Shown: piece after piece, positions 26,257 through 33,504 of the stretch
Layout of the letters: each line of letters begins with the position of its first letter
Numbering within the stretch: position 1 is the first letter of the stretch
Virus record (IMG/VR): IMGVR_UViG_3300042888_002988
Span: 64,001-128,000 of that record
Direction: 5' to 3' (one strand)
Source of the DNA: a virus
Lineage: Duplodnaviria > Caudoviricetes
Length of the DNA: 64,000 nt
The notes under the pieces: model-generated
Seen by the model: the letters and a program-made list of their open reading frames with translations, nothing else
What the model was told of the DNA's origin: nothing
The model's database searches: none
Made by a program: the position numbers and the translations under genes

Positions 26257-26296
26257 TGCAATTTCGGTAGGGTCGGTGTCATAAAGAATTGCTATG
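26257..26296 (+). promoter_or_regulatory. Class A phage promoter-like motif
   Basis: TGCAAT-N17-CATAAA-GAATTGCT-ATG(26294). Confidence 0.7.
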
Positions 26297-26644
26297 GACT
26301 TGGGTATAATACCTTCAGTTCTAACCAACACTAACATCAACAACACCATGAAATCGTTTATCACCAGCATCATCGGAAACACAGTCGGAGCAGTCGGATC
26401 ATTCACCGGAGGCATCATGATGGCGACCGGCATAAATCCCGGTTACGTCGGCGACCAACTGCACCGCGCGGGAAATGAATTCGCCGACGGCATGCACAAG
26501 CAGTCGCAAGCACTCGCAGAGCAGGAGGCCGTCGAGGCCGCCGATCGCGAGGCCAAGCGCCACGAAGAACGCTGCTTGGAGATCGCAATGGCCGCGGCGG
26601 CCGAACAGGCTCGCCACGACAAGGCGACGGGCGTCGCAGCCTGA
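26294..26644 (+). CDS. Hypothetical protein (glycine-rich hydrophobic helix plus coiled coil)
   Basis: Start 26294 or 26348 (after an AC-rich leader); IIGNTVGAVGSFTGGIMMATG then a charged helix. Confidence 0.7.
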   Translation: MDLGIIPSVLTNTNINNTMKSFITSIIGNTVGAVGSFTGGIMMATGINPGYVGDQLHRAGNEFADGMHKQSQALAEQEAVEAADREAKRHEERCLEIAMAAAAEQARHDKATGVAA

Positions 26645-26649
26645 GCAAC

Positions 26650-26699
26650 TCGGACCCTGGGCGTGGAGGCAACTCCGCGCCCAGGTGCTCCGATTTTTT
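26650..26699 (+). terminator. Rho-independent terminator
   Basis: CCTGGGCGTGGAG-GCAA-CTCCGCGCCCAGG extended by TCGGA/TCCGA, then T6. Confidence 0.8.
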
Positions 26700-26701
26700 A
26701 C

Positions 26702-26741
26702 TTGGCGCGCCCATGAAACGATTCGACAGTCCCACTCCATG
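26702..26741 (+). promoter_or_regulatory. Possible sigma70-like promoter, leaderless geometry
   Basis: TTGGCG-N17-GACAGT-N8-ATG(26739); poor -10 match. Confidence 0.35.
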
Positions 26742-27098
26742 GAGGACAGCCACGCGGTAGATATCCTGCTTGAGGTGCTTACCGTATCCGGCGGCCGTCG
26801 CTGCGTGAACTTTCGGCGCGACAATACTTCGACGCTCGATCCGTCAACGAGGCCTCCCGAATGGGGCGACGAAATCACGCAGCACTGGAAGCAGCAGCTC
26901 ACACCCCAGCAGCTCGCTATCTATCACACGGAGCTGCTGCGGCGCGCGGAAGAGTTTCTGAAATTCATGGACGCCAACGTCGGACCCACGGAGGAGTTCC
27001 CCTTGGTGATACAGGCAGAGACGGCAGAGACGATGGAAGTATTTCGCAGTTACCTGCATCGATTGCGGACGCCGGTGAATTTTTTACTCGAAATATGA
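26739..27098 (+). CDS. Hypothetical protein
   Basis: First in-frame ATG after the terminator; MEDSHAVDILLEVLTVSGGRR... Confidence 0.6.
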   Translation: MEDSHAVDILLEVLTVSGGRRCVNFRRDNTSTLDPSTRPPEWGDEITQHWKQQLTPQQLAIYHTELLRRAEEFLKFMDANVGPTEEFPLVIQAETAETMEVFRSYLHRLRTPVNFLLEI

Positions 27099-27102
27099 CG
27101 AC

Positions 27103-27140
27103 TTGCCTCCCGGGTCTAATTCTGGCACAGTCTCCCCATG
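27103..27140 (+). promoter_or_regulatory. Sigma70-like promoter, leaderless geometry
   Basis: TTGCCT-N17-CACAGT-N6-ATG(27138). Confidence 0.5.
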
Positions 27141-27695
27141 GCCGACTCACTCACCACCCTGAAAACCCGTCTCGCTAACCTGCGCCAGGAGCGGAACGAA
27201 ATTGCCTTGATTCAGAAGGAAGCCTTCATGGCTGCCCCTCCGATGCCAGGTGGTGGCGGAATGCCGCCGCAAGGAATGCCCCCAGGCATGGATCCCAGCA
27301 TGATGGGCGGAATGCCTCCGCAGGGTATGCCGCCGGGCATGGATCCCAGCATGATGGGCGGAATGCCTCCGCAGGGTATGCCGCCGGGCATGGACCCCAG
27401 CATGATGGGCGGAATGCCCCCGCAGGGAATGCCTGTGGATCCGGCTACCGGCATGCCGATGGATCCCAACGCAATGGGCGGACAGCCGCAGCCGCCGGCC
27501 TCCCCGCTCACACCGGAAATGCTCGAGGAGCTGATCGGTGTCGTTGAGCAACTCGCGGCTGGTCAGGAGAAATCCGAGCAGGCTTTGCAGCAGATGGCTC
27601 AGCAGCAGGAGGAGATCATGGGGCAATTCGAGCAGATGCAGCAGCAGCTCGCTCAAATGTTCTCAGGTCCGCAGCCGGGCGCAGGAGGTATGTGA
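27138..27695 (+). CDS. Pro/Gly/Met-rich protein with KxA pro-region and C-terminal coiled coil (putative head-associated)
   Basis: IQKEA/FMAAPP then PGM repeats and a Gln/Glu-rich helix. Confidence 0.8.
   Translation: MADSLTTLKTRLANLRQERNEIALIQKEAFMAAPPMPGGGGMPPQGMPPGMDPSMMGGMPPQGMPPGMDPSMMGGMPPQGMPPGMDPSMMGGMPPQGMPVDPATGMPMDPNAMGGQPQPPASPLTPEMLEELIGVVEQLAAGQEKSEQALQQMAQQQEEIMGQFEQMQQQLAQMFSGPQPGAGGM
27255..27434 (+). repeat. Coding tandem repeat, 51-bp unit, about 3.5 copies
   Basis: Unit encodes GGMPPQGMPPGMDPSMM; copies differ by synonymous changes. Confidence 0.95.
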
Positions 27696-27937
27696 TGCCA
27701 GTCCGACTTCGACAACTCGACGGGACGGTGAAAGTCGTCGACAAACTTGAGTCGATCGAGGTGACCGACTCCGAAGGCTTGCTGGCGGTGGTCGTCTTCA
27801 CCAATCGCCGCGACGTCATCCAGGCACTGATCCCGGGTGACCCTATCTTCACAGCTTACTGCCGCGCTCACGGCCTCGGCGCGGCTCGGGTGCATCGCCA
27901 CGAACAGACGCCAGTCAAAACCAATCTCTCCGACTGA
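27692..27937 (+). CDS. Small beta-rich hypothetical protein
   Basis: GTGA overlap; 81 aa. Confidence 0.65.
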   Translation: MMPVRLRQLDGTVKVVDKLESIEVTDSEGLLAVVVFTNRRDVIQALIPGDPIFTAYCRAHGLGAARVHRHEQTPVKTNLSD

Positions 27938-27941
27938 AGCC

Positions 27942-28292
27942 ATGGACGACGAACCTGCAGTCACCAAGCCTACCACCGTGAAGCAACACGTGGACCACTG
28001 GAAGTGGTTGGTCGGCGTGCTCGGTGGTCTGCTGCTCCTCATGGAGGGATTCGGCTGGGTAGAAGGCCGCATCGAGAAACGGGTCGAAGAGCGGGTGCTG
28101 ACCGCCACATCGATCTCCCGCTTGGACAACTACGGTAAGGAATCCAAAACCTGGATGGATGGGCGTATCAACACCCTGACTGCCGAAGTGGACGCACTGC
28201 GTCGGGAACTTGGTATCCTGCGCTTAGACGTGCGAACGAACGCCACGACAATCCGCAGCGCCCCCGAGTCGGCCCCCGCGTCGCCTAAGTGA
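27942..28292 (+). CDS. Single-TM plus coiled-coil protein (lysis-cassette associated)
   Basis: WKWLVGVLGGLLLLMEGFGWV transmembrane helix then heptads; ATG 27942. Confidence 0.65.
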   Translation: MDDEPAVTKPTTVKQHVDHWKWLVGVLGGLLLLMEGFGWVEGRIEKRVEERVLTATSISRLDNYGKESKTWMDGRINTLTAEVDALRRELGILRLDVRTNATTIRSAPESAPASPK

Positions 28293-28333
28293 CCACACTT
28301 GACTGGACCTCCAAAAAATGGCAGGTTAAGGGC

Positions 28334-29035
28334 GTGAGAAGCAAACTCCTAATCATCGGGCTATGCCTAGTCATACCCTGGAGCACCGGGTGCCACACGC
28401 CTCCGCGTGCTGTGCCTGTTGTGCCGGTCGTGACTGCTGCACCGCGGCAGGTCTCCGCCAAGTCACCGCTGAGTGAGGCTCGGGCTGCCACCGTCGAGTC
28501 GAATCGTCGTGTCGATGCCGCCCGCAACAAGGTCGATGTCTCGGTCGGTAATGTCGAACGCTACCGCGACGCCGAGTATGCCGAGCTGCACGCCCTGGTT
28601 ACCCGGGTCAAGGCGAAGGGCTCCATCACGACTGCGGAGCTGGAGGAACTCATCACGCGGGTGCTGGCACAGAAAGGTCAGCTCGACACGCTGCTCGCCC
28701 GCCTCAAGCAGGTGCAGGACGAACTCTACGTGTCGTGGGAGCTGCGCCAGCAGATCGATTCTAAGCTCACCGAGGCCCTAGCCAGGGTCGCCGCAAAGGA
28801 CAGCGAGGCGGACATGCTTCGACAGCAGCTGGCTGACCAGCAGCAGACATCGAAGGCGCTGGAGCAGAATGCCCAGACCAATTTGGAGTCGGCTGTGAAA
28901 TCGCAGTCCGCCGCCGCACACATGAAGGGTCAGCGCGACCTCGTCCTCAAAGTTCTCATCGGGGTATCCATACTCGCCATGCTGTCGCTGATAGGCAACT
29001 ATCTCCAGTTCCGCAGGGGTCTACTACCGTTCTGA
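28334..29035 (+). CDS. Putative unimolecular spanin (lipoprotein signal, coiled coil, C-terminal TM)
   Basis: RSKLLIIGLCLVIPWSTGC lipobox-like signal; long helical region; C-terminal VLIGVSILAMLSLIGNYL TM; next to holin and endolysin. Alternative start 28289. Confidence 0.6.
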   Translation: MRSKLLIIGLCLVIPWSTGCHTPPRAVPVVPVVTAAPRQVSAKSPLSEARAATVESNRRVDAARNKVDVSVGNVERYRDAEYAELHALVTRVKAKGSITTAELEELITRVLAQKGQLDTLLARLKQVQDELYVSWELRQQIDSKLTEALARVAAKDSEADMLRQQLADQQQTSKALEQNAQTNLESAVKSQSAAAHMKGQRDLVLKVLIGVSILAMLSLIGNYLQFRRGLLPF

Positions 29036-29070
29036 TCAAAGCAAACCGCCTACATCAACACACCAATACC

Positions 29071-29421
29071 ATGCAGATAATCAAGACCATCAAAACCAAC
29101 TGGCGCGACGTCGTCATCGGGATCGCCCTCACTCTCGGCTTGGCCCTCGGGGCCGACATCCTGGAGCGCATGGCCACCACCGACGACGGTAAGGTCTGGC
29201 TCACCAACGTCGTCACGTCCCTCCGCGGACTTGCGGCCTTCGCTGGTGCCAACCTTGCGGCTTTCTTTATGATCGCCGTGGCCTGGCCGACGCTGAATCA
29301 ATACAGTAACGATAGCTTCAGCTTCGGCTGGAACTCCCTGAGCAACTCTCAGCGATTCCTAGCCTTCCTCGCTGTTGCCATCGGCTACCTCATTGCCGCC
29401 TCCCTGTGCTTCGCCCCATAA
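29071..29421 (+). CDS. Putative holin (about 3 TM helices)
   Basis: 116 aa with three hydrophobic segments, immediately upstream of the endolysin. Confidence 0.6.
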   Translation: MQIIKTIKTNWRDVVIGIALTLGLALGADILERMATTDDGKVWLTNVVTSLRGLAAFAGANLAAFFMIAVAWPTLNQYSNDSFSFGWNSLSNSQRFLAFLAVAIGYLIAASLCFAP

Positions 29422-29439
29422 CCCGCAAGTATCATCGTC

Positions 29440-30129
29440 ATGAAGTTCCTTGCGCTGATCGTGGCTATGGCATCGTTTCCCACATCGGGAGGCGCTGACG
29501 CGGTGTATATGCGGGCCGAGCCGCTGGCCATCTCCAAGGAAGGCTACAACCTGATCCTGAAGCATGAGGTCGGCGGCGGCGCTTACTACTACTCGCGCTT
29601 CCTGGCTCGGCCCTGCTGGCCGGGAGGCGCGTCTGGCGTTACGATCGGCGTGGGATACGACCTGGGATACAATACCCGCAGCCAGATCGCCGCGGACTGG
29701 AAATCACTGTCCCCGGACATCATCGCTAGGCTGCAGTCCGTGGCTGGCGTGAAGGGCGCGTCAGCGAGTCGTTTGGCTCCCACGCTGCGCTCCATTTCGA
29801 TCCCGTGGGACATCGCAGAGAAAGTCTATCGTGAGCGCACCATTCCCAGGTTCGCTCGTCTCACTGAGGGCGCTTACCGTGGTACCGCCACCATGCACCC
29901 GCACGCCCAGAGTGCCATGCTCTCCTGGGTGTTTAACCGCGGCGAGGGTATCTCCTCGTCGTCGCGTGATACTGAAAAACGCGCCATGCGGTCGGACATC
30001 CCGACACGTGTGAAGCTGTTGCCAGGCCACTTCCGAGCGTCCAAGCGCATCTGGGTGGGTCGCGGGCTTGACGGCTTGCTGCGACGTCGTGAAGATGAGG
30101 CGCGCCTCATCGAATCCATCTGGAACTAA
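29440..30129 (+). CDS. Endolysin, lysozyme fold (GH24/pesticin C-terminal-like) with N-terminal signal
   Basis: LILKHEVG (catalytic Glu), PGGASGVTIGVGYDLG, AMLSWVFNRG, GLLRRREDEA; hydrophobic N-terminus MKFLALIVAMASF. Confidence 0.85.
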   Translation: MKFLALIVAMASFPTSGGADAVYMRAEPLAISKEGYNLILKHEVGGGAYYYSRFLARPCWPGGASGVTIGVGYDLGYNTRSQIAADWKSLSPDIIARLQSVAGVKGASASRLAPTLRSISIPWDIAEKVYRERTIPRFARLTEGAYRGTATMHPHAQSAMLSWVFNRGEGISSSSRDTEKRAMRSDIPTRVKLLPGHFRASKRIWVGRGLDGLLRRREDEARLIESIWN

Positions 30130-30161
30130 TCTTGATCGCATGGTCAGCATCGTCTACCGTC

Positions 30162-30860
30162 ATGGCAACCCCACGTAACACTTCCAAAGCCAAGAAACCG
30201 CACGCAATGTCCTCTGAACAAGTCTCGGAAAGTAACACCCATCACGAGCGTAGGTTTGCGCAAATTGACCGTGATATTTTCAGCGTCAAAACGGACGTCG
30301 GCGTGCTGCAGGCGGACGTTAAAACCCTGGCGTCGGGCCAGGTCGCCCTGCAGGAATCGCAAGACCGGGGGTTCCGCGACGTCAAGGATACGCTAGTTGC
30401 CAAGAGCCAAGAACAACCAAAAGTCAGCGTGGCAATGCTGATATCCATCCTCGGTGTCATGGTGACCGTTGTGGTGGTCGGGGTGGGTGCATTCTGGTCC
30501 GTCGTAGTGCTGCTGGCGGACCCGATCCGCAACGAAGTGCGCGAGCACAAGTTGTCGACGCTCAACAATAACAAGGAGATCGCATTACTGGATGAGCGCG
30601 CCAGACAGATGCAATCGAACCTCGAGATCCGCCTCCGGCAAGTGGAAGACCATGAGCTAACTCGGTACGAACAGCAGGCGGCGCGCATGAGTGAGCTGGC
30701 TGCGACATTGAAGGAGTTTCAAACGCACGCGGTCGAGAATGCGCGGCTGGAGGGACGGCTGACAGCCCTGGAAGAGGTGCGTCGCCTCAACGATCAGCGC
30801 ACATGTGACCGTATCGGAAATCTCGAGAAGCTCCACCAGACACCCGGCGCAACTCCATGA
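30162..30860 (+). CDS. Coiled coil - TM - coiled coil membrane protein
   Basis: Heptad region, VAMLISILGVMVTVVVVGVGAFWSVVVLLA TM, second heptad region; start 30162 or 30207. Confidence 0.7.
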   Translation: MATPRNTSKAKKPHAMSSEQVSESNTHHERRFAQIDRDIFSVKTDVGVLQADVKTLASGQVALQESQDRGFRDVKDTLVAKSQEQPKVSVAMLISILGVMVTVVVVGVGAFWSVVVLLADPIRNEVREHKLSTLNNNKEIALLDERARQMQSNLEIRLRQVEDHELTRYEQQAARMSELAATLKEFQTHAVENARLEGRLTALEEVRRLNDQRTCDRIGNLEKLHQTPGATP

Positions 30861-30898
30861 TTGATCATCGGACTCTTTTCCCTTAGAATACCCTCATG
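30861..30898 (+). promoter_or_regulatory. Sigma70-like promoter, leaderless geometry
   Basis: TTGATC-N17-TAGAAT-N6-ATG(30896). Confidence 0.6.
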
Positions 30899-31177
30899 CA
30901 ATACAACGGCACCGCACAAACGATACAGCTCACTGGCTTGGACCAGGGGCACGAGGTTACGGTCATCATCACCGGGGCCACTGCTATCGTCAACTTGGAG
31001 TTCAAGCACGGCACCGAAGACATCTGGCGTCCGCACCCGAATTTCACCGCCGTGGCAGCTGCCACCGTCAACCTTATGACGTTCCGTATTCTGTCCGGCG
31101 TCATGCGCATCCGTTTCAACACGGTGCCCAGCACCTACGAATTGACGACCGTCTTCAGCGCGGAAGCCTCTTTCTAA
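30896..31177 (+). CDS. Small all-beta protein, possibly a virion accessory
   Basis: 93 aa with alternating hydrophobic pattern; own promoter. Confidence 0.65.
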   Translation: MQYNGTAQTIQLTGLDQGHEVTVIITGATAIVNLEFKHGTEDIWRPHPNFTAVAAATVNLMTFRILSGVMRIRFNTVPSTYELTTVFSAEASF

Positions 31178-31515
31178 GAAAGCGTCCCAGCAGCTCGGAT
31201 CGCATCCTCGGCAGCAACAAGCGCACGCAATGTGCGCCACATGTCCGAGGCCGTCTCGTGCCCCTTCTCGGTTAGGTAGACCTTCGTGACGCGCTTGTCC
31301 CGCTCCGGGAAGTGCTCAACGAGCAGGCCCTGGCTGGCGAGTTTCTGCTTGGCCATCGTCACCGCAGAGGGCTGCGCGCCAGTGGCCTTCGTGATGTCGG
31401 CAACGTGCCAGCCGGCGAGTTGCTTGTTGGCCATCAGCAACAGCATGAGCTGCGGCAGCTTGATGAGCGCGGAGTCGACGATTTCGCTGAGCGTGTCGGT
31501 GTGACGTGTTTCCAT
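31174..31515 (-). CDS. MarR-like winged-helix transcription regulator
   Basis: VADITKATGAQPSAVTMAKQKLASQGLL (HTH) and DKRVTKVYLTEKG (MarR wing); the only credible minus-strand gene. Confidence 0.8.
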   Translation of the reverse strand: METRHTDTLSEIVDSALIKLPQLMLLLMANKQLAGWHVADITKATGAQPSAVTMAKQKLASQGLLVEHFPERDKRVTKVYLTEKGHETASDMWRTLRALVAAEDAIRAAGTLS

Positions 31516-31584
31516 GGGAGTGCGCCCATACTTGCGCGCACAATCCGCACGTAGTCAAGCTTGCTGTGGCGTAACGGATGCACT

Positions 31585-33450
31585 ATGGTGACGCTCATGC
31601 GAGCCGTTGACTTTGCTGTCTCACGAATTTTACCCAGCGACATGCGCCAGGAGACCTATGACCTTGGCAAGAACGGCATGGCGAAGATCATGTCGGACGT
31701 CGCCCTGCGTTACCCGGATCAGTTTCCCCAGATCGTGAAGCAGCTCGGTGACCTGGGCCGCCGCGCCAGCTGGTTGCAGGGTTACACCACCGGCCCCGAC
31801 GACACCAAGGGAGTCGTGGACACGGCCAGCTACTACGCCAAGATGGACGCGGAGCTGGACCGCCTGCGCAAGGACAAGGTCTCTCCGGATGAATTCGAGG
31901 AACGTCGTGCTGAAATCCTGACTCGCTACTCGGACCTGATCGAGCGCGATACTATGACGGCGGCGATGAAGAATCGTAACGCCTTTGCGCTTGCTGTCAG
32001 CAGCGGCGCGCGTGGTAATGCTGCCCATGTCAAAGCCATCCTCTCCACCCCAGGAGTCTTCCAAGACTCAAAAGGACGAACGATTCCTCTCTTTGTTCGG
32101 AATTCCTTTGGTGCCGGTGTGCGACCCGCCGAGACACTTGCTGGCACGTATGGAGCTCGAACCGCGGTTGTCAGCACCAAAAAGGCGACTGCCAAAGGTG
32201 GGGATCTACTGAAGATCATGACGCAGTCCACCCTGAACTACAACGTCACCGGAAAGGACTGTTCTACGACCAACGGGTTGTCCATGGATCCAACGGAAGG
32301 TCAGATCACCGGTCGTGTGCTCGCCCGTGCCGTCGATGACATGCCAGCCGGCACCGTCATCGACCGCCAGACCCTGTCGCGCCTGCGCCGCCTCGGCAAA
32401 CCGGTGCTGGTGCGCAGCCCGATGACCTGCCGCGCCAAGCACGGACTATGCGCTCACTGCGTCGGCGTTCAGGCGGACGGTCACTTCCCGAACATCGGCG
32501 ACTCGGTGGGCGTGACGGCCGCAGCGGCCATCGGCGAGCCCATCGTGCAGGGCGCGCTCAACGTGAAGCACAACGCCGGTATGGCGAAGGGTAAAAAATC
32601 GTTCTCCGGCCTCAACTACATCACGCAGTTCCTCTCGATCCCAGAGGAGTTCAAGGACCGCGCCACCGTGGCCGAAGTCGACGGCACCGTGGACAAGATC
32701 GAGGAGGCACCCCAGGGCGGCACCTACATCACGGTCAACGGCGAGCGCCACTTCGCACTACCCGGGTTCCAGCCGCTGGTGAAAGTGGGGCAGAGCGTTG
32801 AATCCGGCGACGCCCTTTCCGACGGGCTGATCAACCCCGCCGACATCGTGAGGCTGCGTGGGCTCGGCGAGGGCCGGCGTTATTATGCCGACCGCCTGTC
32901 CCAGATGCTGGCCGACTCCGGTCAGAAGCCGGACGCCCGCAACGTGGAAATCCTCACCCGTGCCGCGCTGGACAACTACCTGATCGAGGATCCCGACGAG
33001 GATTCTCCCTGGCTGCCCGACGACATGGTGCGCGAGAGCGAGTTCCTCGATCGCTACAAGCCGCCTGCCGATACCACGGACATGCCGGTGCGCAAGGCGG
33101 CCGGCAAATACCTGCAGGCGCCTGCGCTTCACTACACCGTGGGCACCCGGCTGACACCCAGTATGGCAATCAAGCTCGACGAAGCCGGGGTCACCAACGT
33201 GCCGGTGTCGTCGCAGATCCCATGGTTCCGTCCGGAGATGCAACGCCTGCGGGTGGCCGCTCACGGATCGGACGACTGGATGGCCTCGCTGGGCACCTCG
33301 TATCTATCGTCTCAGATGCGCAGCTCACTGGAGCGCGGCGACGAGACCAACATCGCCGAGAACTACCACTACGGTCCGCGCCTGGCATTCGGAGCTGACG
33401 CAGGCGCTGGAGGGTTCGGGGAGAACATCTCCCGCACTGGGAAATTCTAG
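31585..33450 (+). CDS. rpoC: Phage multi-subunit RNA polymerase beta-prime, C-terminal fragment
   Basis: SSGARG, YGARTAVVST (bridge helix), KDC, VRSPMTCRAKHGLCAHC (Zn site), GDSVGVTAAAAIGEPIVQGALNVKH (trigger loop), VGQSVESGDALSDG. Start uncertain (31561, 31585 or 31597). Confidence 0.93.
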   Translation: MVTLMRAVDFAVSRILPSDMRQETYDLGKNGMAKIMSDVALRYPDQFPQIVKQLGDLGRRASWLQGYTTGPDDTKGVVDTASYYAKMDAELDRLRKDKVSPDEFEERRAEILTRYSDLIERDTMTAAMKNRNAFALAVSSGARGNAAHVKAILSTPGVFQDSKGRTIPLFVRNSFGAGVRPAETLAGTYGARTAVVSTKKATAKGGDLLKIMTQSTLNYNVTGKDCSTTNGLSMDPTEGQITGRVLARAVDDMPAGTVIDRQTLSRLRRLGKPVLVRSPMTCRAKHGLCAHCVGVQADGHFPNIGDSVGVTAAAAIGEPIVQGALNVKHNAGMAKGKKSFSGLNYITQFLSIPEEFKDRATVAEVDGTVDKIEEAPQGGTYITVNGERHFALPGFQPLVKVGQSVESGDALSDGLINPADIVRLRGLGEGRRYYADRLSQMLADSGQKPDARNVEILTRAALDNYLIEDPDEDSPWLPDDMVRESEFLDRYKPPADTTDMPVRKAAGKYLQAPALHYTVGTRLTPSMAIKLDEAGVTNVPVSSQIPWFRPEMQRLRVAAHGSDDWMASLGTSYLSSQMRSSLERGDETNIAENYHYGPRLAFGADAGAGGFGENISRTGKF

Positions 33451-33465
33451 CGTTTATTTTGACGA

Positions 33466-33504
33466 TTGCCTCTTCATCAACTTTCACTTACAATACAAGC
33501 CATG
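33466..33504 (+). promoter_or_regulatory. Sigma70-like promoter, leaderless geometry
   Basis: TTGCCT-N17-TACAAT-N7-ATG(33502). Confidence 0.65.

Noticed and set aside
27255-27434. CRISPR array
   Set aside because: The repeats are contiguous 51-bp in-frame coding units with synonymous variation and no unique spacers; no cas genes are present.
9600-31700. Intron or split-intein joining of the two beta-prime fragments
   Set aside because: The gap holds dozens of independent genes, and neither the C-terminus of the first fragment nor the N-terminus of the second shows intein motifs (N-terminal Cys block, HN-C/S/T) or group I/II intron features.
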